Shown here: one piece after another, positions 18,114-25,857 of the stretch | Layout of the letters: every line of letters starts with the position of its first letter | How positions within the stretch are numbered: the stretch's first letter is position 1 | NCBI GenBank assembly: GCA_002898715.1 | Contig: BEIA01000002.1 | Span: 1 to 54,853 of the forward strand | Length of the DNA: 54,853 bases | Source: a bacterium HR24 | GTDB lineage: Bacteria; Chloroflexota; Dehalococcoidia; SM23-28-2; HRBIN24 | Direction of reading: 5' to 3' | Translations under genes and position numbers: made by a program | The notes under the pieces: model-generated | Told to the model about the DNA's origin: nothing | What the model saw: only the letters and a program-made list of their open reading frames with translations | Databases searched by the model: none

Positions 18114-20078
18114 ATGGAAGGGAAGCCTGAGCAGCGGGACGAGGCGGACGAACTGCGGCGGCGCATCGTGGCCCTGGAGGGCCAGGTGGACGCCCTGCGC
18201 CGCCGCCTGGCCGAGATCGAGTCCTCCCGCGGCTACCGTCTACTGCAGGGGCTGCGCCGCGCCCTGAGGACGGTGGCGCCGCCGGGGAGCCTGCGCTGGC
18301 GCATCCTCACCGCCCCTCTGGGGCCCGGGCGACCGCCGTCGTCCCGGCGCCCGCGGGCGGCCCCTCCCGACGAGCGCTGGGGGCCGGTGCGGCCTCTCTC
18401 GGTGGGATGCTACGGAGAGTATGCCTGGACGGTGGGGGGCGGGGCCGTGCATGTCCTCGAGTTCCTGCTGGCCCTCGCCCCCTACTACCGAGTGGACCTG
18501 CTGTTGCCCCCCGAGGCGCCGCTGCGCTCGCGCCAGTGGTACCGCGAGCACCTCGGCATCGACCCCGACGGCATACGGGTGCTGCCCTACCGCCCGGGCA
18601 TGGAGGCGGTCTACGACATCTGGGTCTCGGCCTGCAACGACGATATTCGCCCGGCGCCCACGCCAAGGCGCTTCAACATCGTCTTCTTTCCCTTCGCGCC
18701 TCTGGATGGCTCCGGGTTCGTGCACATCGCCAACAGCCGCTACACGGCCGAGTACGTGCGCCGCCGCTACGGCACCGATGATGTGGCCGTGGTCTACCCG
18801 CCGGTGGACACCGAGAGCATCCGCCCGGGGGCCAAGGAGCGGCTGGTGCTGCATGTCAGCCGCTTCGCCCTGCCCTCGCCCCGGGCCGACAAGGGCCACC
18901 TGGCCATGATCGATGCCTTCAAGGCCCTGTGCCGCTCGGGGCTCCAGGGCTGGCGGCTGGTGCTGGCGGGCTCCACCGTCGACGCTGCCGAAGAGGCCTA
19001 CGCCCGCCTTCTGGAGCGCGAGGCCGCCGGCTACCCCATCGAGGTTAGGCGCAACGTGGGCCGCCGCCAGCTCGTGGAGCTGTACGCCCGCGCTGCCATC
19101 TACTGGCACGCCACCGGCATGGCGGTGAAGGAGCCCGCCGCCCAGGAGCATTTCGGCATCACCGTCCTGGAGGCCATGGCGGCCGGGGCTGTGCCGGTGG
19201 TGTACCGTTCTGGAGGCCCGGCGGAGACGGTGGTGCACGGCCAGAGCGGCTACCTGTTCGACCATTTGGACGAGTTGGTGGCGCTGACTCTGCGCCTGGC
19301 GCGTGACGAGGACGAACGATGGCGCCTGGGCCAGGCGGCGCGGCTGAGGGCGGAGGAGTTCGGCAGGGACCGCTTCCGACGCGAAGTGGCGGGCCTGGTG
19401 AGCGGCTCGGCCAGGGTGGACGTGGTCCTGTTGCCGCCAGAGGAGCGACATAGGCTGGACGCCCTGGAGCGCTGGACGCCGCCGGGCTACGGCGGGCCCA
19501 CGCCTGTGGGCGGCGCTGTCGGTGCCACGGCCCGGGACGTCCCTCCGTCCCCACAGCGCCCCTACATCCTCTACCTGCGCCCCTGGGCGGAGGTCCTCCC
19601 CGGCTGGCTCGAACCCCTCGTGTACCTGCTGGAACGCGAGCCGCGGGTGGGCGCTGTGACCCCTCTCCTTCTGTGCCCCGACGGCACTCTCGTTGGCGGG
19701 CTCGACAGCGAAGGCCTGCCCGTGCCCGCATCGGCGTCCTCTACCGGCGCGCCCGGGCCGGTGGCCGCGCCTTATCCAGCCTGTCTGCTGGTGCGGCGGG
19801 AGTGGGCCCTGCTGCCTGAAGAGGAGGACATGGGCCCCTGGGCCGAGGCATCTCTGGCCCTGCGCCTGCAGGAGGCTGGCCTGATGGTGGCCGCGCACCC
19901 GGGCAGCGTCGTCAGGCTGAGGGAGGCGCCCCGCCCGCTGCGGGAGCTCGGCGCTGGGGGCGAGGCCGCCCTCCGGCGCCGCTGGCCGGGCGATCGCGCC
20001 GCCCGGTGTACCGATGCCCCGGCGGCTCTGACGACTGGGGCCGACTGGCCACGGCGACCTCGCCTGCAAATGGCCTGA
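18114..20078 (+). CDS. three-part glycosyltransferase: N-terminal coiled coil, GT4 catalytic domain, C-terminal degenerate GT2-like domain
   Basis: 654-aa ORF. The N-terminus reads RDEADELRRRIVALEGQVDALRRRLAEIE. The GT4 E-x7-E region is EHFGITVLEAMAAGAVPVV. The C-terminal YILYLRPWAEVLPGWLEPLVYLL...VGAVTPLLLCPDGTLVGG resembles a GT2 fold but lacks the DxD. Confidence 0.8.
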   Translation: MEGKPEQRDEADELRRRIVALEGQVDALRRRLAEIESSRGYRLLQGLRRALRTVAPPGSLRWRILTAPLGPGRPPSSRRPRAAPPDERWGPVRPLSVGCYGEYAWTVGGGAVHVLEFLLALAPYYRVDLLLPPEAPLRSRQWYREHLGIDPDGIRVLPYRPGMEAVYDIWVSACNDDIRPAPTPRRFNIVFFPFAPLDGSGFVHIANSRYTAEYVRRRYGTDDVAVVYPPVDTESIRPGAKERLVLHVSRFALPSPRADKGHLAMIDAFKALCRSGLQGWRLVLAGSTVDAAEEAYARLLEREAAGYPIEVRRNVGRRQLVELYARAAIYWHATGMAVKEPAAQEHFGITVLEAMAAGAVPVVYRSGGPAETVVHGQSGYLFDHLDELVALTLRLARDEDERWRLGQAARLRAEEFGRDRFRREVAGLVSGSARVDVVLLPPEERHRLDALERWTPPGYGGPTPVGGAVGATARDVPPSPQRPYILYLRPWAEVLPGWLEPLVYLLEREPRVGAVTPLLLCPDGTLVGGLDSEGLPVPASASSTGAPGPVAAPYPACLLVRREWALLPEEEDMGPWAEASLALRLQEAGLMVAAHPGSVVRLREAPRPLRELGAGGEAALRRRWPGDRAARCTDAPAALTTGADWPRRPRLQMA

Positions 20079-20120
20079 AACCGGTCAACTAGACCGTTGG
20101 CCTGGGCCGGTGGCTGTGCA

Positions 20121-20126
20121 TAAAAT
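20121..20126 (+). promoter_or_regulatory. -10 box TAAAAT, 7 nt upstream of the ATG at 20134 (leaderless-type arrangement); possible -35 is TTGGCC
   Basis: The sequence reads TTGGCCtgggccggtggctgtgcaTAAAATgtgggcaATG. Confidence 0.4.
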
Positions 20127-20133
20127 GTGGGCA

Positions 20134-21333
20134 ATGCGTCTCCCGGGACGCGGCCCCGCCAGCAGGGCAGCCCTGGCCGCCTGGGCCCTGGGGTGCGCCC
20201 TAGCCCTCCTCCTCTCCGCCTGTGGCGGGAGCGGGCCCGAGACGACGCCCCCGGGCGGCGGCGACACCACCCCCGGCGCCACCGTCGGTCCGGGCAGCCC
20301 CACGCCCGGCGGCGCTACTCCCGGTGCGGGCAGCCCCACTCCCGCGTCGGAGACGACGCTGCTGCTGGTGCAGGAGTTCGGGCAGAACGCCGACACGCTG
20401 CGATTGGTGGATCCCCGCGACCCCTCCCGCTCGCGGACGACCCTGGTCATCGAGCACGCTCCCGGCTGGGGGGCGAGGGTGGCTATCTCACCCGATGGGC
20501 GCCGGGTGGCCTACGCCGTCCTGCCGCGCAACGCCCGCGACGAGGCGCGCCAGGCGGAGCTGTGGGTGGCGTCGCTGGAGGGCGGGAGCCCTGCCCGCCA
20601 GGCTACCGGCATCGACCTGCGGGGTGGTGCCCTGTGGGCGGCCGATGGCTCGGCCGTCTTCGCTCGCGCTGTGGGGCCCGACTCACCGCTGGTGGTGCGC
20701 GTCGATCAGCGAGGCGGGACGGAGCCCCGGAACATCGCCACCGGGCCCGACGTGGCCTCCCTGACCCTGGCCGGATCCCACGGACGTTATATATATTGGT
20801 CCGAGCTCTCGCGGCAGACAGGACAGGCCGTGCTCAAGTCCCTCGACCTGCAGACGGGGCAGGTGGGCCCCGGGCTGACGCTGGCATCGGAGCCGGCCCG
20901 CGACTTCGCCCTCTCCCCAGATGGTAGCCGCCTGGCCTTCACCGGCGCCAACACCTTCAAGGCCTACCTGGCCGACCTCACGGCCCGTAGCGTGTCCGAA
21001 CTGCCCACCGATGGCCAGCCAGCCCTCCGCCCGGCATGGCTGCCCGACGGCAGCGCCGTGGCGGTGGGCCTGGCCGCCGGCGGAGGGCGACCGGCTCGCG
21101 TCCTCGTGTTCCGTCAGGGCAGCCCTCAGGAACTCGTCTCGGTGCAGCAAGGCTTCCTGCAGCCCCTGCTCTGGACGCCCGACGGTAGCGCCCTGCTCTG
21201 CCAGTACTACACGGGCACCCTCAGCAACCCGGGCAATCCGGCCCTGGTGTCGGTAACTACCGGGGGACAACCCGCGTCATTACCTGTGTCGGGCCAAGTA
21301 GAGGTCGTCGGCTGGGCACGGGGGCGGCTATGA
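20134..21333 (+). CDS. lipoprotein with PD40/TolB-like beta-propeller repeats
   Basis: Lipobox LLLSAC follows MRLPGRGPASRAALAAWALGCALA. A Pro/Gly/Thr linker follows. Repeated motifs are ISPDGRRVAY, LSPDGSRLAF, WLPDGSAVAV and WTPDGSALL. The start could also be 20110 or 20125. Confidence 0.7.
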   Translation: MRLPGRGPASRAALAAWALGCALALLLSACGGSGPETTPPGGGDTTPGATVGPGSPTPGGATPGAGSPTPASETTLLLVQEFGQNADTLRLVDPRDPSRSRTTLVIEHAPGWGARVAISPDGRRVAYAVLPRNARDEARQAELWVASLEGGSPARQATGIDLRGGALWAADGSAVFARAVGPDSPLVVRVDQRGGTEPRNIATGPDVASLTLAGSHGRYIYWSELSRQTGQAVLKSLDLQTGQVGPGLTLASEPARDFALSPDGSRLAFTGANTFKAYLADLTARSVSELPTDGQPALRPAWLPDGSAVAVGLAAGGGRPARVLVFRQGSPQELVSVQQGFLQPLLWTPDGSALLCQYYTGTLSNPGNPALVSVTTGGQPASLPVSGQVEVVGWARGRL

Positions 21334-23795
21334 CGCGCTGGCTGCTGGCGCTGACGGTGGCCACTCTGGCCTGTATCGCCCTGGCCGGCCGGCAGCAGGG
21401 GCCTGCCCTGGCCAACCACAACGTGCCCGACTGCGCTCTGGACATCAACCCCGACCCCAATGTCTTTGAGTACATCCAGGCCTACGAGCGCAGGGACTAC
21501 CCCCACGGGTATGCCCCCGTCTTCGAGCTGGCGGGCTTCAACCAGCTCTTTCCCGATGTGCCCGGCTTCGCCCTGCCACCCCTGGAGACGGGGCCTCGCA
21601 GCGCCGGCTCCAGCCGCACTGTCTCGCCCTATATCCCGCCCACCATCCTGAAGGCCATCGGCTGGATAGAGAGCGGCTGGGCCCAGGCCAGCTACCATCC
21701 GCTGGTGAACCCGGGCGAGGTGGGGCCGGCCCTGGTCTCCTTCGACTGCGGCTACGGCATCATGCAGGTAACGACTGGCATGCAGCCGCCGCCGGGCTCG
21801 CCGCCCCGCTCGGCGCCGCCCACTATCGAGCAGGCTATGATCGGCGGCCATTATGCCTTCAACATCGCCCGGGGGGCGCTGATCCTGGCCCAGAAGTGGA
21901 ACCTGGCGCCGGAGTTCAATCCCATCGTGGGGGAGCGGGACCCGCGGGTGGTGGAGAACTGGTACTTCGCCATCTGGAGCTACAACGGCTTCGCCTTCGT
22001 GAACCACCCCCGCAACCCCGACTTCCCCTTCCCGCGCCCGCCCTACAAGGGCTGCGACCCCAATCCGGATGGCGCCGCCGACAACCGGGGCAACTACCCT
22101 TACCAGGAGCTGGTCTATGGCTGTATGGCCTACCCGCCGGTGTGGGGAGGGAGGCCCCTGTGGAACCCGCTGCAGGCGGCCCTGCCCGACTACACTCAGC
22201 CCGCCTTCACCGATACGACCCGCTTCTTCAACTGCGCCCGCGGGCAAGGCTGCGCGGGCATGGACATCGCCACTCCTACCCTGACCCCGTCGGCCACGGC
22301 TACGCCGACGGCTACCCCCTCGGCCACGCCCACGCCGTCGCCCACCGCCACGCCGACGCCCAGTCCCACGGCCAGCCCCACCTCTGGCGCTGGCAGCGGC
22401 GGTTCGGGCTCCTCCTCATCCCAGATCCAGGCCGTGGCCACCACCGGGGCCATCGACCCCACCTTCCCCCAGACGAACCGGACGGCCCTCCTGGGCTCGC
22501 CCTCCCCCACGGCCTCGCCCGCCAGCGTCACCCTGGCGCTGGCGCCGGAGGCGCAGTCCGACTGGGTGAACATCACCGTGTCCAACCCAGGCACGGGCGT
22601 CTTCGCCTGGTACGCCACAAGCGACGTGCCCTGGCTGCAGGTCTCGCGGCTGGAAGGCGTCTCTCTGGGCTCGGACCTGGGACCCCGCGCCTCCAGCCTG
22701 GCAGTGCGGGCGTCCAGCTTCGGCCTGGGGCCGGGCACGTACACGGGCCGCGTAACGCTCCGCTCCCTGTACGGGTCCTCCGTGGAGGTCACGGTCACGC
22801 TCGTGGTGGTGCAGGGCGTGCCCACCGGCACCTGGAGCAGCGCCGACTTCAGCGGCGACGCCAAGGGCGACCTGGCCCTGGCCAGCACCAATAACGTCAT
22901 GTTCACCTGGCTGTCCCTGGGCAACGGCAGCTTCGACCAGCGCACGCAGGCCGCCAACTACGCTCTGGCCCAGGGCACCTGGCTGCCGGGCGACTTCAAT
23001 GGCGATGGCAAGCGCGACCTGCTCCACATCGCCCCCGACCGGGCGGTGACCTGGTTCTCGTGGGGCAACGGCACTTATCTGCCCTGGCCAGCCAACATCG
23101 TTCCTGGGCAGGGTACCTGGCTCGCGGGCGACTTCAACCGCGACCGCATCACTGACGTTATCTACATCGGCAGCGACCGGGCGGTGACCTGGTTCAACTG
23201 GGGCAACGGCACGTATCTGGGCTGGCCGGCCAATCCCGTCCCTCCCCGGGGCGGCACCTGGGTGGCGGGCGACTTCAACGGCGACGGCCTGACCGACCTG
23301 GCCAACATTGGCCCCTCGCGAGTCACCCTGTGGCTCAACTGGGGCGATGGCAACTACCTGGTATGGCCGGCGAGCCTCACCCCGCCCTCGGGCGGCCCCT
23401 GGGTGGCGGGCGACTTCGACGGCAACAAGCTGACCGACCTGTTCGTGGTCACCGGCACCAACACCGTCCAGACCTGGCTTGACCGGGGCAATGGCGATTT
23501 CCGGGCCGTCGCCTTTCGCGCCAATTACGACATCTCGCGCGGTACCTGGCTACCGGGCGACTTCAACGGCGACGGCAAGACCGACCTCCTGCACCTCGCC
23601 CCCGACCGGTCCGTGACCTGGTTCTCCTGGGGCGACGGCACCTACCTGCCCTGGACGGCCAATATCCCGGTGATGCAGGCCACCTGGCTGGTGGGCGACT
23701 TCGACGGCGACGGCAAGTCGGACGTGGCCGGCATCACCGCGGCCCGGATCAACGTCTGGCTGTCGCGGGGCGACGGCAGCTACGTCCAGCGCTAG
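21330..23795 (+). CDS. secreted multidomain protein: GH23/SLT-like lytic transglycosylase domain, Thr/Pro linker, Ig-like domain, 7 FG-GAP/VCBS repeats
   Basis: 821-aa ORF with signal peptide MTRWLLALTVATLACIALAGRQQGPALA. SLT motifs are GWIESGW, GYGIMQV and WSYNGF. There are seven W(L/V)xGDF(N/D)GDG repeats. The ATG overlaps the upstream stop. Confidence 0.75.
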   Translation: MTRWLLALTVATLACIALAGRQQGPALANHNVPDCALDINPDPNVFEYIQAYERRDYPHGYAPVFELAGFNQLFPDVPGFALPPLETGPRSAGSSRTVSPYIPPTILKAIGWIESGWAQASYHPLVNPGEVGPALVSFDCGYGIMQVTTGMQPPPGSPPRSAPPTIEQAMIGGHYAFNIARGALILAQKWNLAPEFNPIVGERDPRVVENWYFAIWSYNGFAFVNHPRNPDFPFPRPPYKGCDPNPDGAADNRGNYPYQELVYGCMAYPPVWGGRPLWNPLQAALPDYTQPAFTDTTRFFNCARGQGCAGMDIATPTLTPSATATPTATPSATPTPSPTATPTPSPTASPTSGAGSGGSGSSSSQIQAVATTGAIDPTFPQTNRTALLGSPSPTASPASVTLALAPEAQSDWVNITVSNPGTGVFAWYATSDVPWLQVSRLEGVSLGSDLGPRASSLAVRASSFGLGPGTYTGRVTLRSLYGSSVEVTVTLVVVQGVPTGTWSSADFSGDAKGDLALASTNNVMFTWLSLGNGSFDQRTQAANYALAQGTWLPGDFNGDGKRDLLHIAPDRAVTWFSWGNGTYLPWPANIVPGQGTWLAGDFNRDRITDVIYIGSDRAVTWFNWGNGTYLGWPANPVPPRGGTWVAGDFNGDGLTDLANIGPSRVTLWLNWGDGNYLVWPASLTPPSGGPWVAGDFDGNKLTDLFVVTGTNTVQTWLDRGNGDFRAVAFRANYDISRGTWLPGDFNGDGKTDLLHLAPDRSVTWFSWGDGTYLPWTANIPVMQATWLVGDFDGDGKSDVAGITAARINVWLSRGDGSYVQR
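22269..22421 (+). repeat. low-complexity Thr/Pro/Ser/Ala-rich coding linker
   Basis: It translates to ATPTLTPSATATPTATPSATPTPSPTATPTPSPTASPTSGAGSGGSGSSSS. Confidence 0.7.
22833..23792 (+). repeat. seven in-frame FG-GAP-type repeats (46-49 aa period), consistent with a 7-bladed beta-propeller
   Basis: The DNA motif ggcgacttcaa(c/t)ggcga(c/t)ggc recurs about every 140 nt. The protein repeats read W-x-x-GDFNGDGKxDLL...VTWFSWGNGTY. Confidence 0.8.
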
Positions 23796-23804
23796 GCCAG
23801 GGCC

Positions 23805-24554
23805 CTAGGTGGGCGAAGGCGAGCGCGAGAGGCTCTCGGCGTAGAGCTGGGTCACCTCGGCCGGTCGTCCCTCGGCCACCACCCGGCCGCCGTCCAGCCA
23901 GAGCGCGCGGTGGCAGAAGAGGTTCACCAGCTCCAGGGAGTGGCTCACCAGCACGATGGTGACCCCCTGCTCCTGGAACTGGCGCATCTTGGCCAGGCAC
24001 TTCTCCTGAAAGGCCAGGTCGCCCACGGCCAGCACCTCGTCCACCAGCAGGATATCGGGGTCGCTGTGGACGGCCACCGAGAAACCCAGGCGTACGTACA
24101 TGCCCGAGGAATAGCGCTTCACGGGCACGTCGATGAACTCCCACAGCTCAGCGAAGGAGACGATGTCAGCGAAGCGCTCCCTGATCTCGCGGTTGGACAT
24201 CCCCAGGATGGAGGCGTTCATGAAGATGTTCTCTCGGCCGGTCATGTCGGGATGGAAGCCGGCCCCCAGCTCGATGAGAGGGGAGACGCGGCCGCGCACC
24301 GTCACCGTCCCGGCGGTGGGGGCGGTGACGCCGGCGATGATCTTGAGAATAGTGCTCTTGCCGCTGCCGTTGCGGCCCACGATGCCCACCGTCTCCCCCG
24401 GCGCCACACTGAAGGAGACGTCCCGCAGGGCGTAGAACGGCTCGGAGAACGCCTCGCCCCGCAGCAGGGCGGGCACGAACTCCCGCAGCGTCCGGTGATG
24501 GTGGATCCGGAAGCGCTTGCTGACGGACCGGAACTCGATGACTGCCTCAGACAC
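23805..24554 (-). CDS. polysaccharide/teichoic-acid type ABC exporter ATP-binding protein (Wzt/TagH-like)
   Basis: 249-aa ORF with Walker A GRNGSGKST, signature YSSGMYVRL and Walker B ILLVDEVLAVGD. Confidence 0.9.
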   Translation of the reverse strand: MSEAVIEFRSVSKRFRIHHHRTLREFVPALLRGEAFSEPFYALRDVSFSVAPGETVGIVGRNGSGKSTILKIIAGVTAPTAGTVTVRGRVSPLIELGAGFHPDMTGRENIFMNASILGMSNREIRERFADIVSFAELWEFIDVPVKRYSSGMYVRLGFSVAVHSDPDILLVDEVLAVGDLAFQEKCLAKMRQFQEQGVTIVLVSHSLELVNLFCHRALWLDGGRVVAEGRPAEVTQLYAESLSRSPSPT

Positions 24555-25389
24555 TGTCGGCGAAGCCGGGCTCCATCTTCTTGAACAGATAATACCCCAC
24601 CACGAAGGTGGCCATTGAGATGGCCAGCCCCATCAGGACTCGCTCCGTCCCCGGGCTGATGCCCTGCAGCACCACTCGCCGGTAGGCCTCGATGAAGAGG
24701 GCGTTGGGATTCAGGTCGAACAGCAGCTCGTAGGAAGAGGGCACGGGATAGAGCACCGGCGTCAAATAGAACCACAGGGTCAGGGCCACGCCCACAAGGA
24801 AGCTGACGTCATGGAAGTACAGGTTCAGGGCGGCCAGGGGCAGCGCCAGCCCCACCGTGAAGATGAACTGGATGAGGAACAGTAGTGGCACCCACACCGA
24901 GGTCCATGCTGGAGGGTGGCCGAAGAACACCATCAGCCCCGCCAGGATCAGCATGCCCACAGCCAGGTCCACCACCTTGGTGAGGATGGCGGCGATGGGC
25001 AGTATCTCGCGCGGGAAGTACACCTTCGTAACCAGGCCGGCAGCGCCCGAAACGCTGCCCGTGGCCGAGGAGACAGCCGCCGAGAAGAAGTTCCAGGGCA
25101 GCAGGCCCATAAAGAGGAAGAGGGCGTAGGGCACGCCGGGGATGCCCGTCCGCACGTCCAGGATGCGCGAGAAGACGAAGGTCAGGATCAGCATCTGGCT
25201 GAGCGGGTTGACGGCCGTCCAGGCGTACCCCAGCACCGACTGCTTGAACTGGCCTTTCAGGTGCCGGATGGTCATGTGCGACAGCAGCTCACGCCGCTGC
25301 CACAGCTCCCAGAGGGCAGGGAAAAGGTCTGCCGGGGCAAAGGCCGGCCTGAGGCTGCCCGGGCGGGCCATGCCCTGAAGACGTGCCAT
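24547..25389 (-). CDS. ABC-2 type polysaccharide exporter permease (Wzm/TagG-like)
   Basis: 280-aa six-TM ORF with RHLKGQFKQSVLGYAWTAVNPL, typical of the Wzm N-terminus. It overlaps the ATPase start by 8 nt. Confidence 0.85.
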   Translation of the reverse strand: MARLQGMARPGSLRPAFAPADLFPALWELWQRRELLSHMTIRHLKGQFKQSVLGYAWTAVNPLSQMLILTFVFSRILDVRTGIPGVPYALFLFMGLLPWNFFSAAVSSATGSVSGAAGLVTKVYFPREILPIAAILTKVVDLAVGMLILAGLMVFFGHPPAWTSVWVPLLFLIQFIFTVGLALPLAALNLYFHDVSFLVGVALTLWFYLTPVLYPVPSSYELLFDLNPNALFIEAYRRVVLQGISPGTERVLMGLAISMATFVVGYYLFKKMEPGFADSV

Positions 25390-25481
25390 CGCCCCTCAGG
25401 AGAGACGCTGGGGGTAAGTCTCGGCCGCTGGGCTGCCGAGGGTAGCGCTACTCCCGGCCATGGACTCGGCGGCCGTCGCCA

Positions 25482-25697
25482 CTAGGCCCGCAGCCGCGGT
25501 GCGTGGGCGGAGCCGTTGGTGATGGGCTCCTCGATGAACAGGTCCCCGTTGCGGATCTTGATGTTGAAGCCACAACTGGGATTAGTGCAGACCCACGCCT
25601 TGAAGTAGACGGCTGCGCCATGGCCGCCGTAGTCCGACAGCGGAACCAAGTCGCCAACCTGGCACTTCTGACATTTGGGAAAGTGAGTCACCACCAC
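25482..25697 (-). CDS. small 4-Cys zinc-ribbon protein, function unknown
   Basis: Start set at the GTG preceded by GGGAGGG 5 nt upstream, giving 71 aa. Cys pairs are KCQKC ... CTNPSC. A TTGCCA-17-TACACT promoter lies inside the TTG-extended track ORF, so the extension is unlikely. By eye the codon usage is less GC-biased than in neighbouring genes. Confidence 0.5.
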   Translation of the reverse strand: MVVTHFPKCQKCQVGDLVPLSDYGGHGAAVYFKAWVCTNPSCGFNIKIRNGDLFIEEPITNGSAHAPRLRA

Positions 25698-25743
25698 AGT
25701 AGCCCTCCCGCCTTCAGACTTGGCACCGGCAGTTCGAGCCCAG

Positions 25744-25772
25744 AGTGTAACAAAAGGGTGAGGCAATGGCAA
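25744..25772 (-). promoter_or_regulatory. candidate promoter TTGCCA-17-TACACT for the zinc-ribbon gene
   Basis: The minus strand reads cTTGCCAttgcctcacccttttgtTACACTctgggc. It lies within an unusually AT-rich 160-nt intergenic patch. Confidence 0.5.
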
Positions 25773-25816
25773 GAGTCCGTGAGGTCATTATTGTCAAATC
25801 GGGCCCACTTTTTTCA

Positions 25817-25850
25817 CAATTCATCACTGCCAACGTGTATATATGAATTG
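25817..25850. repeat. perfect 8-bp inverted repeat CAATTCAT-N18-ATGAATTG in the AT-rich spacer
   Basis: Read directly from the sequence. It lies 7 nt downstream of the cimA stop on the minus strand and is followed there by TGAAAAAAG, an A-tract rather than a U-tract. Confidence 0.6.
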
Positions 25851-25857
25851 GCGAGAG

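Noticed and set aside
22833-23792. Periodic DNA repeats of about 140 nt, considered as a possible CRISPR-like or non-coding tandem array.
   Set aside because: The repeats are in frame inside a long ORF. They are imperfect and of variable length. They translate to FG-GAP/VCBS blades, and there are no unique spacers.
25698-25772. The TTG-initiated N-terminal extension of the zinc-ribbon ORF (track 25482..25772).
   Set aside because: A good -35/-10 pair lies inside the extension. A strong SD sits 5 nt before the internal GTG.
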